Positions 1 to 9,284 of a stretch of 64,000 nt of DNA are shown piece by piece. The notes beneath the pieces are model-generated. The model worked only from the letters and a program-made list of their open reading frames with translations. It searched no databases and was not told the origin of the DNA. The position numbers and the translations under genes are program-made. The stretch comes from a virus. Numbering within the stretch: the stretch's first letter is position 1; every line of letters begins with the position of its first letter. The stretch is taken from IMG/VR virus record IMGVR_UViG_3300021389_000012, positions 1 through 64,000 of that record, one strand, 5' to 3'.

Positions 1-1336
1 CGCCGTTTGTATTACCTAACATTGTATTATAATCTTGTGCAGTAATCATTCTGTCTTGGCTAGCATAATTCTTTGGAGCATTTTCTCTTATTTCATCAAT
101 ACTTTCGTTTGAACTTGCATTTGATATTGGTTGTTTCATTTGCAGGCTAAACGCTGCGGTATATGTATTTCCATCAAATCCAGTATAATTTATTTGTACT
201 TTTTTAGTTGATAAGTCGTCTGGTCTTAAAATGTATGTGTTATTCTTACTAGTTCTATACCATACTCTAATAGTATCTTTTGGTAAATTACCAAATGTAC
301 TGTCAGGAAATAAAATAGATATTTGATTATTTTCTCTTGTTTTAACACTGAATATATTTCGCTCACCATTTGATAAGTTATTGTAAATTACATTACTATT
401 AACATCTCTTACTTTTGTCCATTCTTTAGTAATGTTTCCTGTTGCATTAATATTTTGTACCCAACAGTCTGTGTTGTTTACGTTAGTAGCATCAATGTCT
501 AACGACATACTATCAATTGGGTTATCTATGTTAAAGTCTTGATACTGTAATGTTCCTTGTTTAATGCCAAAGAAGAATCCGGCATTGGAACTGTTTATTC
601 CCTTACCATCATCTTTATAATATATTCCAAAGCCTCCGATTGGGTCTGGTGTCTTTTCCATAAACCCTTTTGTATCATTATCATAGTCACTGCTTATAAT
701 GTCAAATGAAGATGCTTTTCCTAATACCGCACCTTGCACATCAAATTTAATTTGATTAGGCGTATTGTTAATATCATAAAATTCTGTTTTTATATTATTA
801 ATTACTACTGATTTTTTTGGACTACCGTAATTATTACTATTTTGTAATACGGAATTTAATACAGTAATAAAATCATCTAAGTTATTAACGTTGTTTGAAA
901 TTTCGTATTTAATTGGCTGACCGCCTAAACTTGTTCCATCACTTCCAATAATATCTTCGTTTGTTTTAACACTTATTACTTTCATCTCACCGTACGCTGG
1001 CACATTGCGTCTTGGTTGATAACCTAAAAATTCTGCTAATTTGTAAACTGATTCTTGTCTTTGTGATGTACTTAAAAAGTTATTCCTTGCATTCATATCT
1101 ACTCGATATGCCAAGTTGTGTCCAAACTGTGCAACTACATCTAGTAGCGATACAAATTCAGCTGATTCAACCCAGTCATTGTAGTTCTCTGGGTAATTGT
1201 TGCGTACATAGTCAACCATTGCAGTTCTAATAGTATCAAAATCAAATGCTTGAAAGTTTGCATTGATATATGATTCATAGATTACTGTAAAGTCCTCTGC
1301 CGCAAAAAGTTTGTTTTGTCGTGATTTCTGTGCCAT
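1..1336 (-). CDS. gp6: Baseplate wedge protein, T4 gp6-like (runs off the window edge; not in ORF track)
   Basis: Minus-strand ORF from CAT 1334-1336: MAQKSRQNKLFAAEDF...DFDTIRTAMVDYVRNNYPENYNDWVES...ARNNFLSTSQRQESVYKLAEFLGY, ending ...IRENAPKNYASQDRMITAQDY; gp6/Baseplate-J-like motifs; directly downstream of gp25-like gene. Confidence 0.85.
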   Translation of the reverse strand, partial: MAQKSRQNKLFAAEDFTVIYESYINANFQAFDFDTIRTAMVDYVRNNYPENYNDWVESAEFVSLLDVVAQFGHNLAYRVDMNARNNFLSTSQRQESVYKLAEFLGYQPRRNVPAYGEMKVISVKTNEDIIGSDGTSLGGQPIKYEISNNVNNLDDFITVLNSVLQNSNNYGSPKKSVVINNIKTEFYDINNTPNQIKFDVQGAVLGKASSFDIISSDYDNDTKGFMEKTPDPIGGFGIYYKDDGKGINSSNAGFFFGIKQGTLQYQDFNIDNPIDSMSLDIDATNVNNTDCWVQNINATGNITKEWTKVRDVNSNVIYNNLSNGERNIFSVKTRENNQISILFPDSTFGNLPKDTIRVWYRTSKNNTYILRPDDLSTKKVQINYTGFDGNTYTAAFSLQMKQPISNASSNESIDEIRENAPKNYASQDRMITAQDYNTMLGNTNG

Positions 1337-1338
1337 AA

Positions 1339-1722
1339 TTAAAACTCTGTGTTTTCTGAAAATTCTCTATCGAATTTAACTTGCAACTCTGTTGCAGTTG
1401 TTGTTGGTAAGTAAATTAGTTTTACACTAATTGTTACTGAATGTGCGTCCTGCACAACATTTACATTTGTATCATCAACCTTGAATCTAGGATCATAGTT
1501 TATTACGTTGTATACTTCTTGATTAATGTCGTCTTGTGTTGATTGATCTAGTGGTTCAAAGATGTATAGTTCTAAATCGCAACCAAACGTAGGATCGGAC
1601 CATTTTTCTCCTTTACGGATTTTAAAATGATTTATTAGGTCTTGTTTGGCTAATTCTAAGCCACTCAGACTTTTACTTGTATAAGATTCGTTTATTGTTG
1701 TATATCCAAATATATTGCTCAT
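1339..1722 (-). CDS. gp25: Baseplate wedge subunit, gp25-like
   Basis: DLINHFKIRKGEKWSDPTFGCDL..YIFEPLD...YDPRF is the GPW/gp25 signature. Confidence 0.9.
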   Translation of the reverse strand: MSNIFGYTTINESYTSKSLSGLELAKQDLINHFKIRKGEKWSDPTFGCDLELYIFEPLDQSTQDDINQEVYNVINYDPRFKVDDTNVNVVQDAHSVTISVKLIYLPTTTATELQVKFDREFSENTEF

Positions 1723-1746
1723 ACAACTATTTATGCAAAAGATTAA

Positions 1747-2301
1747 CTACGTAGATAAAGATTCAATAATTAGTTTATCTTCTTGCCAATGTATGTACTT
1801 TTGCCAGGCTGCATCTGGTATTGTAAGTGTGTGATGCTGATAAGCATAGTTTATTTGGTACCACGAAGGGTGTGTTGGTCGTTGCATAGGTAAAGGATAT
1901 AAGCTATCACCTTTCTTTACATTGCATGGACCACAAGCAGTAACACTGTTTTCCCATGTTAGTCTTCCGCCTTTTGATTTTGGAATAACATGATCAATTG
2001 TCAAGTCAGCATAAGCAAACCTATCGCCACAGTATTGGCAACAGTATTTGTCTCTGACATATAAATTTCTACGAGTGAATTTTGCTTTGGAGGGTTGTTT
2101 GTGATAAGTGTTAAGCATAATAATGCTTGGGTATGGAATAGTTACTGTGGGTGACCGGAGAAACTCATTATCGTAATTTTTAATCACGTGTACTCGCTGA
2201 CTCCACATGGCCTTGATTGCATTCTGCCAACTCACTGTACTAAGTGGCATTTGTGATAATGGTTGCCCATCAGCATTAAGTAATAAAACGCTTTTATTCA
2301 A
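1747..2301 (-). CDS. Free-standing HNH endonuclease (McrA/HNH_5-like)
   Basis: RRNLYVRDKYCCQYCG...TIDHVIPKSKGGRLTWENSVTACGPCNVKKG; TTG start. Confidence 0.9.
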   Translation of the reverse strand: MNKSVLLLNADGQPLSQMPLSTVSWQNAIKAMWSQRVHVIKNYDNEFLRSPTVTIPYPSIIMLNTYHKQPSKAKFTRRNLYVRDKYCCQYCGDRFAYADLTIDHVIPKSKGGRLTWENSVTACGPCNVKKGDSLYPLPMQRPTHPSWYQINYAYQHHTLTIPDAAWQKYIHWQEDKLIIESLST

Positions 2302-2348
2302 GATAAATTCCTTGTATTATAATAGTATTTAAATAGTTTTGAGGTGAG

Positions 2349-3056
2349 TTAACTGAGTTGTTTTGCTAAAAGTCTTTTTCTACTTTCAATCATATTTGGA
2401 AGAAATCGTTTTGTTTCTGCATAGTAAATATATTCTGCTTGTTTCTTTTGTTCGTCATTTAATTGATTAGTGGTATAGTCTTTTACAAGTGTTTGTATTC
2501 CTTCTTCTTTAATGTAACTTCTGTTTTTATATGTTCCATAATCAGCAAGTACTAATACCTTTGCCTCAGATTGTCTTGTAAGTCTGTTAGCACCACTAAG
2601 CGTTAATGCAGTAGCTACATAATTCCATTTTCTATCTAAAATAAAATCAAATATTTCAAATTGCCTAGTTGTATTACCTACACGTGAAAATGTACCAGTA
2701 TCTGCGTACAGGCTTAATAATGCGTCATACTGTGTTTGGGATAATGTAGTTAGTGGGAATTGTTTTTTAAAGGCTCTTTCTTTGTCTTTGAATTCTTCTA
2801 TCCATATTGTGTATGCTTCAGCTTCAGTTAGTCCGTCACTGGTTAATCCTACAGTTCCTTTGTATCCAATGACTGAGTTTTTTGAATAACCTAACCATTT
2901 AGCAGTTCTAATTTTAAGATTAATTAATTTATCACTTGCTTCTAGTTCTGATAAATTTATCATTGTACTTGTGGCAGTACTATCAATTACAGTAAAAAAA
3001 CCGTAATCTATAAGATTTTTGCTATCAATTATTGATTGTAAATTAAAACTTGGCAT
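2349..3056 (-). CDS. Baseplate-associated lysozyme-like (GH24-fold) protein, probably degenerate
   Basis: VIGYKG, LSQTQYDALLSL and RLTRQSEAKV resemble the GH24 motifs TIGYG / LTQNQFDALVSF / LVRRRxAE; follows gp5-like gene. Confidence 0.5.
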   Translation of the reverse strand: MPSFNLQSIIDSKNLIDYGFFTVIDSTATSTMINLSELEASDKLINLKIRTAKWLGYSKNSVIGYKGTVGLTSDGLTEAEAYTIWIEEFKDKERAFKKQFPLTTLSQTQYDALLSLYADTGTFSRVGNTTRQFEIFDFILDRKWNYVATALTLSGANRLTRQSEAKVLVLADYGTYKNRSYIKEEGIQTLVKDYTTNQLNDEQKKQAEYIYYAETKRFLPNMIESRKRLLAKQLS

Positions 3057-4264
3057 TATATAATATTTCCTTTACCTGTAGTAAATGTTTCTTCTACACC
3101 ACTAACTCCTTGCCATGGATGTTTTTCTGGTACTCTACTTGCTACACTAGTTTTTACATTAGTATTTGCTACTTGATTTTGTACTGCAATCTTTTGTGCT
3201 TGGGTATTAACCGGTGGTCCATTCATATCTATTCTAGAACCTACAGAAATTATGTTTCCAGTAACGTTTAAATTATAGTCTGTGTCTGCATGTGAGTTTA
3301 TATCTAATGCACTATAAATATCAATAGTACCTACTGTTGTTTCTAGTTTTATTCCATCACCACCAGAACTTTTTATATTAACTCCAATTTCAGCTTGCAT
3401 ATTAATACTGCCTTTAGCATGTACATTGTAATCACCTTCAGTATGCATACTGATACCTGCTTTACTGTAAACATCTATGTGTCCAGCTAAATCCATTTCA
3501 ATCCACGCATCGCCTGATTGATTTGTAATGAAAACAAAACCATTACTATCGTCCATTAAAATTTGTGCGCCGCTTTTAGTTCTTAATCTAATATTGTTAC
3601 TAGCGCCACTATTATCACCATCGTCCATCGACAGTACATGTCCTTGACGTGTTGTAATACCAAATACTTTACTTGGCGATTCTCTTCTAGCACTACTTTG
3701 ACTGTGTCCTCTAACATAGTCTAAACTTAAACCTTGCTGATTTAACACTGATTGAAAATACTCATCAAGTGGTTTAGTGTCTGCATCATTTGTATCTTTG
3801 GGATTTTTTTCTACTGCTGGTCCGCAAGAAGTGCCGTCATCTGTATATACTTGTCCACTTGCTCTGCCGCCCATCATTGCATTTCTGTCTTTAGCAATTA
3901 ATGATCCCATTACAATACCTTGTTCAATACTACCAGTGTATGCTACTACAACATTTGTTCCTACCTCTGGCGGTTGTGGCCACAATCCATAACTTGCTGG
4001 TGCTTGTGCTTCTTTTTTCTCATCATTACCACTATCTTGAATTTTACTATGTCCACCATAAGGTGTAGCGAGTAAGCAAATTCTGTCTGATGTCTTAGCA
4101 CCAAATTCAGATATGCGTACAGATATTCTACCTGTATATAAACTATCAGCGTTATCAATAACTTCTCCAACATATATTCCACTTAGGTTATTAATACCTG
4201 CTTCGTTGCTTTGTTTGGCTATACCTGATACTTTAACGCCTGTATGTTTTATTAAGCCTGCCAT
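3056..4264 (-). CDS. gp5: Baseplate hub/spike protein, gp5/VgrG-like (OB-fold plus beta-helix)
   Basis: GIYVGEVIDNAD..TGRISVRI, SYGLWPQPPEVGTNVVVAY, GHVLSMDDG, beta-repeat C-terminus. Confidence 0.75.
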   Translation of the reverse strand: MAGLIKHTGVKVSGIAKQSNEAGINNLSGIYVGEVIDNADSLYTGRISVRISEFGAKTSDRICLLATPYGGHSKIQDSGNDEKKEAQAPASYGLWPQPPEVGTNVVVAYTGSIEQGIVMGSLIAKDRNAMMGGRASGQVYTDDGTSCGPAVEKNPKDTNDADTKPLDEYFQSVLNQQGLSLDYVRGHSQSSARRESPSKVFGITTRQGHVLSMDDGDNSGASNNIRLRTKSGAQILMDDSNGFVFITNQSGDAWIEMDLAGHIDVYSKAGISMHTEGDYNVHAKGSINMQAEIGVNIKSSGGDGIKLETTVGTIDIYSALDINSHADTDYNLNVTGNIISVGSRIDMNGPPVNTQAQKIAVQNQVANTNVKTSVASRVPEKHPWQGVSGVEETFTTGKGNII

Positions 4265-4265
4265 A

Positions 4266-6689
4266 TTATACTCCTGATAGTTCTATTATTTTTGGTAACA
4301 ACAAAGCTGTGTTTGAATTAACATCTTTGTATCCGTTTAATGTTTGGGTGAATCTTCCACCTTGAAATCTACTTTCTATTGTAACTAATTTATATAATCC
4401 TGAACTGATTGGATCAATTTCACCTTTGATTTGTTCTTCTAATAACCTATCAGGGTTTGGATTAAATTGTAAAAAACTTATAAATGCATCTTGTTTAGCA
4501 TAATCTTTTGTCTCAAGTTTTCCTTGTACTACAGCTTGCATGTTACCTAGCCAATGCGGATCACCTTTAATTTCCATAGTAAATTGATATGCATCACGTT
4601 CACGCTTAGCCATATCTTGTACCCTACGTGCAAGAGCAGATTGTGTTTCGTCTAAGTACTCAGTTACTTGTGCTTTTTCTCCAGAGTCTGCTTTTGCTAC
4701 GCCTCCAACTACTGGATTAAAATAAGATGAATCCACTGATGCTTGTTTTAAATCTGATATGTATATAGATTCTGGTATTTCTGCAGGAGAAAATTGTGCT
4801 TGTCCATCAGCAGTTCTTCCTGCTAAGAATGTAGCAGAACCTGGTTGATCAAGTACAAAGAATAAGTTTTGTATATCTATTTCGTAATTTATTACTTCTG
4901 TGTTTAGTCCACTATACATATATGTGTAGCTCTTTTCAATAGGCAATGACGCAAATCTGTCTGCTTGGTGTTGAGAATCATTTAAATTTTTATTACCTTT
5001 TTCTATACTAGGAGGATACGTAGTATTATTATATGCAATCTTAATTGTATATGTAACCAATATAGGTTCTACGTTTCCGTAGTTTTCTTTCTTTTGCTGT
5101 TTTTTTATTCTAGGAGAATATTTTGTACGTGATTCGACAACTATATGTGGAGTTAATCCATACTCGTTTGCTTCAAGGACCCACTGTGTCCAGGCAGGAC
5201 AGTTATTTCTTATTGTCTTCTCAAGCCACATTGATATATTAGTTTCTCGTTCTGCAGTAATTGTATTTGTATCTGGATTGTCTACTGTCTGACCAGATCT
5301 ATTACTAGACGCTGTATCTGTTGTACCAGCATAAGGCTTTGATTCTAAATTAAAATATTTAAGTGCTCTGCCGTTGACTTTTATATTAGCAGATGGTCTT
5401 TGATCTGCTGAAGGATCAAATACTATTTTAATTTGTTTAGGGGCTTCTCTTCCTTGCTGTTTTGCAAATGGTCCCATTGCATCAAACTGTCCTTTGTTAA
5501 ATTCTTCTTCAAAGTTGTTAACAAAGTCTCCTATAGTTCTAACATTTTTAACAGTAATATCAGAATCCAATACAGTTTCTGTTTGAGCATGTTTAATGGC
5601 AGACCAGGCAATAATATTATATCTTGTTCCTTCTGGTCCTGTAGTACTTCTTATTTGATTAAACTTAATAGGGTATAAGAATACGCCATCGAATGGAACA
5701 CTTGCGGCAGTGACTGGGTCTCTGCCTAAGAATTCTAATTTTAGTATAAAGTTTTGTGAATATAAGTTAGCTGGCTTGCCAAGATTCTTGGCGGCTAATA
5801 ATACTTTATCCAACAACCTAAAGCCTAGGTTTTCAAATAAATCAAATTGAATTATGCCTGGTGTAACATTACCATGCCGTTGTCCTGGTGTTACTGTTGC
5901 AAGTGACAAAAAGTTATCTAAACTAAATTCAGTTGTTACGCCTTGTTTAGCAATAACAAATGCCTGTTTATTATTCAATACGCTATCGTCGTTTCCTATT
6001 AAATTAGGATTGTTCCAAAGTTCATTGTTCACAATATACAATGACCAACGATATGTTGGACTATCAACTGTACTCATCCAATTTGGTGTAACACTATCTG
6101 TTAATTTTGTTTGTTTACCTAATTTTTTAATTTGTGCGATATCCCACATAGTATTTTCATCATCAGTAAATCCTTGTTCTACATCTACTTGCTCTCCAAA
6201 CGGTTCGTCATTAAAATCTTTATCTTGGTCTGCAAATGTAACCTCTGATGCAGGTTTACCATTTGCCATAGCTACACCATTTGTAAGTACGCCATCTGTG
6301 TATTTTCCATCATTACCTACACTAGCGCCTTCCATTTCTGCTATTGATTTTATTAAGTCTCTAGTTAGTTGTGGATTATCTCGTAAACTGCCTAAGTCAT
6401 CATATGGACTGACACCCAAATCATTTGCTACTTTGCTTATGTATGCATCTGTGGGATTTTCACCAGGTGGTGCCCAACGACTAATAATGGCTGCTACTGA
6501 ATTATTTCCATGTTTTTCTTGACTTGTGTATAAATTCTTTGCAACTGCTCGTACACCATACTCAGGATTATCAAACTTAACAAAGCCAGCATTACTGCCA
6601 TTAGCGCCTTGCCAAGCATCGCTGCTTGTTCTAATGTTTCCTGGATTGTTGTTTCTATCCGCTAGTGTCGTGTCTGTTGCATTTGCCAT
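4266..6689 (-). CDS. Baseplate hub protein (gp27-like) with N-terminal NNPGNI lysozyme-like domain
   Basis: N-term RNNNPGNIR...GFVKFDNPEYGVRA...IISRWAPPGENPTDAYI; C-term MEIKGDPHWL...SGLYKLVTIESRFQGGRFTQTL typical of hub proteins. Confidence 0.6.
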   Translation of the reverse strand: MANATDTTLADRNNNPGNIRTSSDAWQGANGSNAGFVKFDNPEYGVRAVAKNLYTSQEKHGNNSVAAIISRWAPPGENPTDAYISKVANDLGVSPYDDLGSLRDNPQLTRDLIKSIAEMEGASVGNDGKYTDGVLTNGVAMANGKPASEVTFADQDKDFNDEPFGEQVDVEQGFTDDENTMWDIAQIKKLGKQTKLTDSVTPNWMSTVDSPTYRWSLYIVNNELWNNPNLIGNDDSVLNNKQAFVIAKQGVTTEFSLDNFLSLATVTPGQRHGNVTPGIIQFDLFENLGFRLLDKVLLAAKNLGKPANLYSQNFILKLEFLGRDPVTAASVPFDGVFLYPIKFNQIRSTTGPEGTRYNIIAWSAIKHAQTETVLDSDITVKNVRTIGDFVNNFEEEFNKGQFDAMGPFAKQQGREAPKQIKIVFDPSADQRPSANIKVNGRALKYFNLESKPYAGTTDTASSNRSGQTVDNPDTNTITAERETNISMWLEKTIRNNCPAWTQWVLEANEYGLTPHIVVESRTKYSPRIKKQQKKENYGNVEPILVTYTIKIAYNNTTYPPSIEKGNKNLNDSQHQADRFASLPIEKSYTYMYSGLNTEVINYEIDIQNLFFVLDQPGSATFLAGRTADGQAQFSPAEIPESIYISDLKQASVDSSYFNPVVGGVAKADSGEKAQVTEYLDETQSALARRVQDMAKRERDAYQFTMEIKGDPHWLGNMQAVVQGKLETKDYAKQDAFISFLQFNPNPDRLLEEQIKGEIDPISSGLYKLVTIESRFQGGRFTQTLNGYKDVNSNTALLLPKIIELSGV

Positions 6690-6690
6690 G

Positions 6691-6972
6691 TTATGAGAAC
6701 CTTGTAGGAACTTTAATTTTTAAACCTGCTTTAAAATCTAAAATAGGATCTACTAATTCATCTTGATTAAATAAACCAAACACCCACCATAGTTTTGCGT
6801 TACCATATAAGTCATACGCTAATAAATCTGGTTTCTCATTATATTTTTCTTCTAACGTAATATTTGTAGTTGTTGTATTGTCTACGTCAATGCTATTAAC
6901 ATCTAATATATCTAAATATTGGCCATTAATTTCTGTATCTCTATATAAACTATCTTTTCTATAAGTTGTCAT
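6691..6972 (-). CDS. gp53: Baseplate wedge protein, gp53/LysM-like
   Basis: KPDLLAYDLYGNAKLWWVFGLFN...KIKVP. Confidence 0.8.
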   Translation of the reverse strand: MTTYRKDSLYRDTEINGQYLDILDVNSIDVDNTTTTNITLEEKYNEKPDLLAYDLYGNAKLWWVFGLFNQDELVDPILDFKAGLKIKVPTRFS

Positions 6973-7619
6973 TAAATAAATCCTCCCGAATTTCCACCTC
7001 TCATTAAATTACCACTTGCAAATTTTCTAATATCAAATTGATCTTTAACTGCCTTAGGTGGTAGTTGTGGAACTAATTCAAGTGATAGTAACGATAATGT
7101 TGGCACTGCATGCTTATCGCCAGCAATATCAATTTCTACGTAATCTGTGTCTTCAGGTAATGTATATGTAAAGTTTCTAATAACACATGGAACATTTTGT
7201 GCATGTATAGAACCATAAGCTGTAAACTTTAAAATAGGAGGAGGTGTACCTGCAGTTATGCCTGCACTTGCTCCGAAGTCTGATTTTGTACAAGTTTTAA
7301 AAAAATGTAAAGCAGCAGCACTGTAACGTGCTTCTTCTTCTGTGTTAGCAGGAAATAATGCTGTAATCGACATTGGTGGATTTGGAGTATTAATATAATA
7401 ATTCTGTTGATAAATTGAGCCTGTTACATCATATGTTCCGTAGTTTGCACTGTGTGACATCTGAATAGTTGGAGTAAGTGGAAATACTACACCCAACTTG
7501 TCTCCGCCATTATATACAAGTGGACTTAATATATGACTTGTAAGTCCGCCAGTACCAGCATCAAACGGTTTACCTTTTTGTTTCATTATTAAACTTGCTT
7601 TGTTTGTTACGCCTGCCAT
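6972..7619 (-). CDS. Baseplate/tail-tube initiator protein (gp48/gp54-like)
   Basis: VFPLTPTIQMSHSANY, GTPPPILKFTAYG, NVPCVIRNFTYTLPEDTDY; position in baseplate operon. Confidence 0.6.
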   Translation of the reverse strand: MAGVTNKASLIMKQKGKPFDAGTGGLTSHILSPLVYNGGDKLGVVFPLTPTIQMSHSANYGTYDVTGSIYQQNYYINTPNPPMSITALFPANTEEEARYSAAALHFFKTCTKSDFGASAGITAGTPPPILKFTAYGSIHAQNVPCVIRNFTYTLPEDTDYVEIDIAGDKHAVPTLSLLSLELVPQLPPKAVKDQFDIRKFASGNLMRGGNSGGFI

Positions 7620-8266
7620 TATGTTAACCTCTCTTCTATAAATTTAAAAATCTGTTCGTTGTACTTGCCAAAGAACTTAGTAAATGCTTGCTTTTTAGCT
7701 TCTTCATCACCTTCGCTTGCCATGTCAACACGGAAATCGCTTGCACTCATTCCACCTTGCATAAGAGGTGCTACATATACATAGCCTCTTTCTTGTGCAG
7801 TTGGAATCAATTCATTCATATCTTTTGGTAATTCATGTAAGAACCCTTCACCACCTGTTGCAAGTCTACTTGCATCCTTTTCACCATATACAAGTATCTG
7901 TGCAGTAGTATTTTCATCTCTACCAGCAGCAGCCATGTCTGGTCTGTATGGATTTGTGTTGATAATTTTATCTCCAGGTATATTAAACATCTTATTCATA
8001 ATGCTTGCTTTTTCATCAAATGTAAATGGATTCTTACTTAATTCGCCTCGTTGAATATCAGTAAGTTTTCCACCTGCATTAGTTTTTGTGATAAGTCCTT
8101 GCACTTTTGCAGACACCATTGTGGCGATAAATACATTATCCGCACCAAACTTTTGAACCAGATGTTTATAAACATCGTGATGTCCTTGGTGCATAGGTTG
8201 GAAACGACCGCCATAAAATACAGCTATGTTCTCAACTCCCTCTTTTAAAACATGTTCAATTAACAT
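7619..8266 (-). CDS. HxGH nucleotidyltransferase (cytidylyltransferase-like)
   Basis: FYGGRFQPMHQGH, KNPFTFDEK and MSASDFR motifs. Confidence 0.8.
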   Translation of the reverse strand: MLIEHVLKEGVENIAVFYGGRFQPMHQGHHDVYKHLVQKFGADNVFIATMVSAKVQGLITKTNAGGKLTDIQRGELSKNPFTFDEKASIMNKMFNIPGDKIINTNPYRPDMAAAGRDENTTAQILVYGEKDASRLATGGEGFLHELPKDMNELIPTAQERGYVYVAPLMQGGMSASDFRVDMASEGDEEAKKQAFTKFFGKYNEQIFKFIEERLT

Positions 8267-8286
8267 AATTACTTCTCCGTTCGTAG

Positions 8287-8294
8287 TATTTATC
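8287..8294 (-). promoter_or_regulatory. T4-late-type promoter (GATAAATA) heading the leftward baseplate operon
   Basis: Plus strand tatttatc just upstream of 8266; same motif recurs before most structural genes. Confidence 0.7.
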
Positions 8295-8310
8295 TAATTG
8301 AAAAAACCGG

Positions 8311-8340
8311 TTGACACTTAGGCCATATATGCTGTATAAT
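8311..8340 (+). promoter_or_regulatory. Sigma70-like promoter for gp55-gp47-gp46 operon
   Basis: TTGACA-N18-TATAAT. Confidence 0.8.
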
Positions 8341-8366
8341 ACTAACTATATAAAGGAAATCTCAAT

Positions 8367-9284
8367 ATGAATAAACCAAAAAAGACTTTTTACTTAACAA
8401 ACAAAGACTTGTTAAGAGAAATACATAACAGTAAAATGACGTATTGTTGGACGCACGACGAAAACTATACACATTTTGATCTCATTGTAACAGGTTTTGA
8501 TGAGGTTACTCCAGAAGCTGTTGCTGAAGCAAAACAAAACAGAGCAACAAGACTACAAAAACTAGCTCATCAGGTAGAAGTTGCCCGTTGGGAAAAAGGA
8601 TTAACAGGCAAAAAGACTAAGCCAAGAGCGGCTGATTTTGCAGTAGATGTTGAAACTATTAAAGATGACGACATTGTAGTAAGGGTAATGACATTTGAAC
8701 ATGTACCAGAAGAGAACAGAAAAAATAAACCAAAGACTGAAGCAGACTTACATGCTAAATGTAACTTTCCTCCTTTTAAACACTATGCAGTAATTAAAGG
8801 TGAGTGGACAGAAGTAGCTCGTAGTCATTGGGAAGGTGGCAGAGATAATGGACATTTTAATGTTCATCACGGACAAACAAACGATATGTTAGCAAAGATG
8901 TATATTAAACTATGCGAGCGTTATAGCATGCGTGGTAACTGGAGAGGTTACACATATGTAGACGAAATGCGTGGACAAGCATTATTGCAACTAGCACAAA
9001 TTGGATTGCAATTTAATGAACTTAAATCACAAAATCCATTTGCATATTACACTGCGGCAATTAATAATAGTTTTACTAGAGTATTAAATTTAGAAAAGCG
9101 TAGTCAAAATATTAGAGATGACTTACTAGAAGAAGAAGGATTAAACCCAAGTAGCACTAGAACATTTAATGCTGAATGGGAAGCTCATATTAGAAACGAA
9201 GCTAAGAAGAAAGAAATCAATCCTACGGTTAAAGTAACAACGTATGATACATCAGATTTAGATACAGAAGAAACTGGAGAATAA
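8367..9284 (+). CDS. gp55: Late-transcription sigma factor, gp55-like
   Basis: YLTNKDLLREI, NWRGYTYVDEMRGQALLQL, SQNPFAYYTAAINNSFTRVLNLEK; precedes gp47/gp46 as in T4. Confidence 0.88.
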   Translation: MNKPKKTFYLTNKDLLREIHNSKMTYCWTHDENYTHFDLIVTGFDEVTPEAVAEAKQNRATRLQKLAHQVEVARWEKGLTGKKTKPRAADFAVDVETIKDDDIVVRVMTFEHVPEENRKNKPKTEADLHAKCNFPPFKHYAVIKGEWTEVARSHWEGGRDNGHFNVHHGQTNDMLAKMYIKLCERYSMRGNWRGYTYVDEMRGQALLQLAQIGLQFNELKSQNPFAYYTAAINNSFTRVLNLEKRSQNIRDDLLEEEGLNPSSTRTFNAEWEAHIRNEAKKKEINPTVKVTTYDTSDLDTEETGE

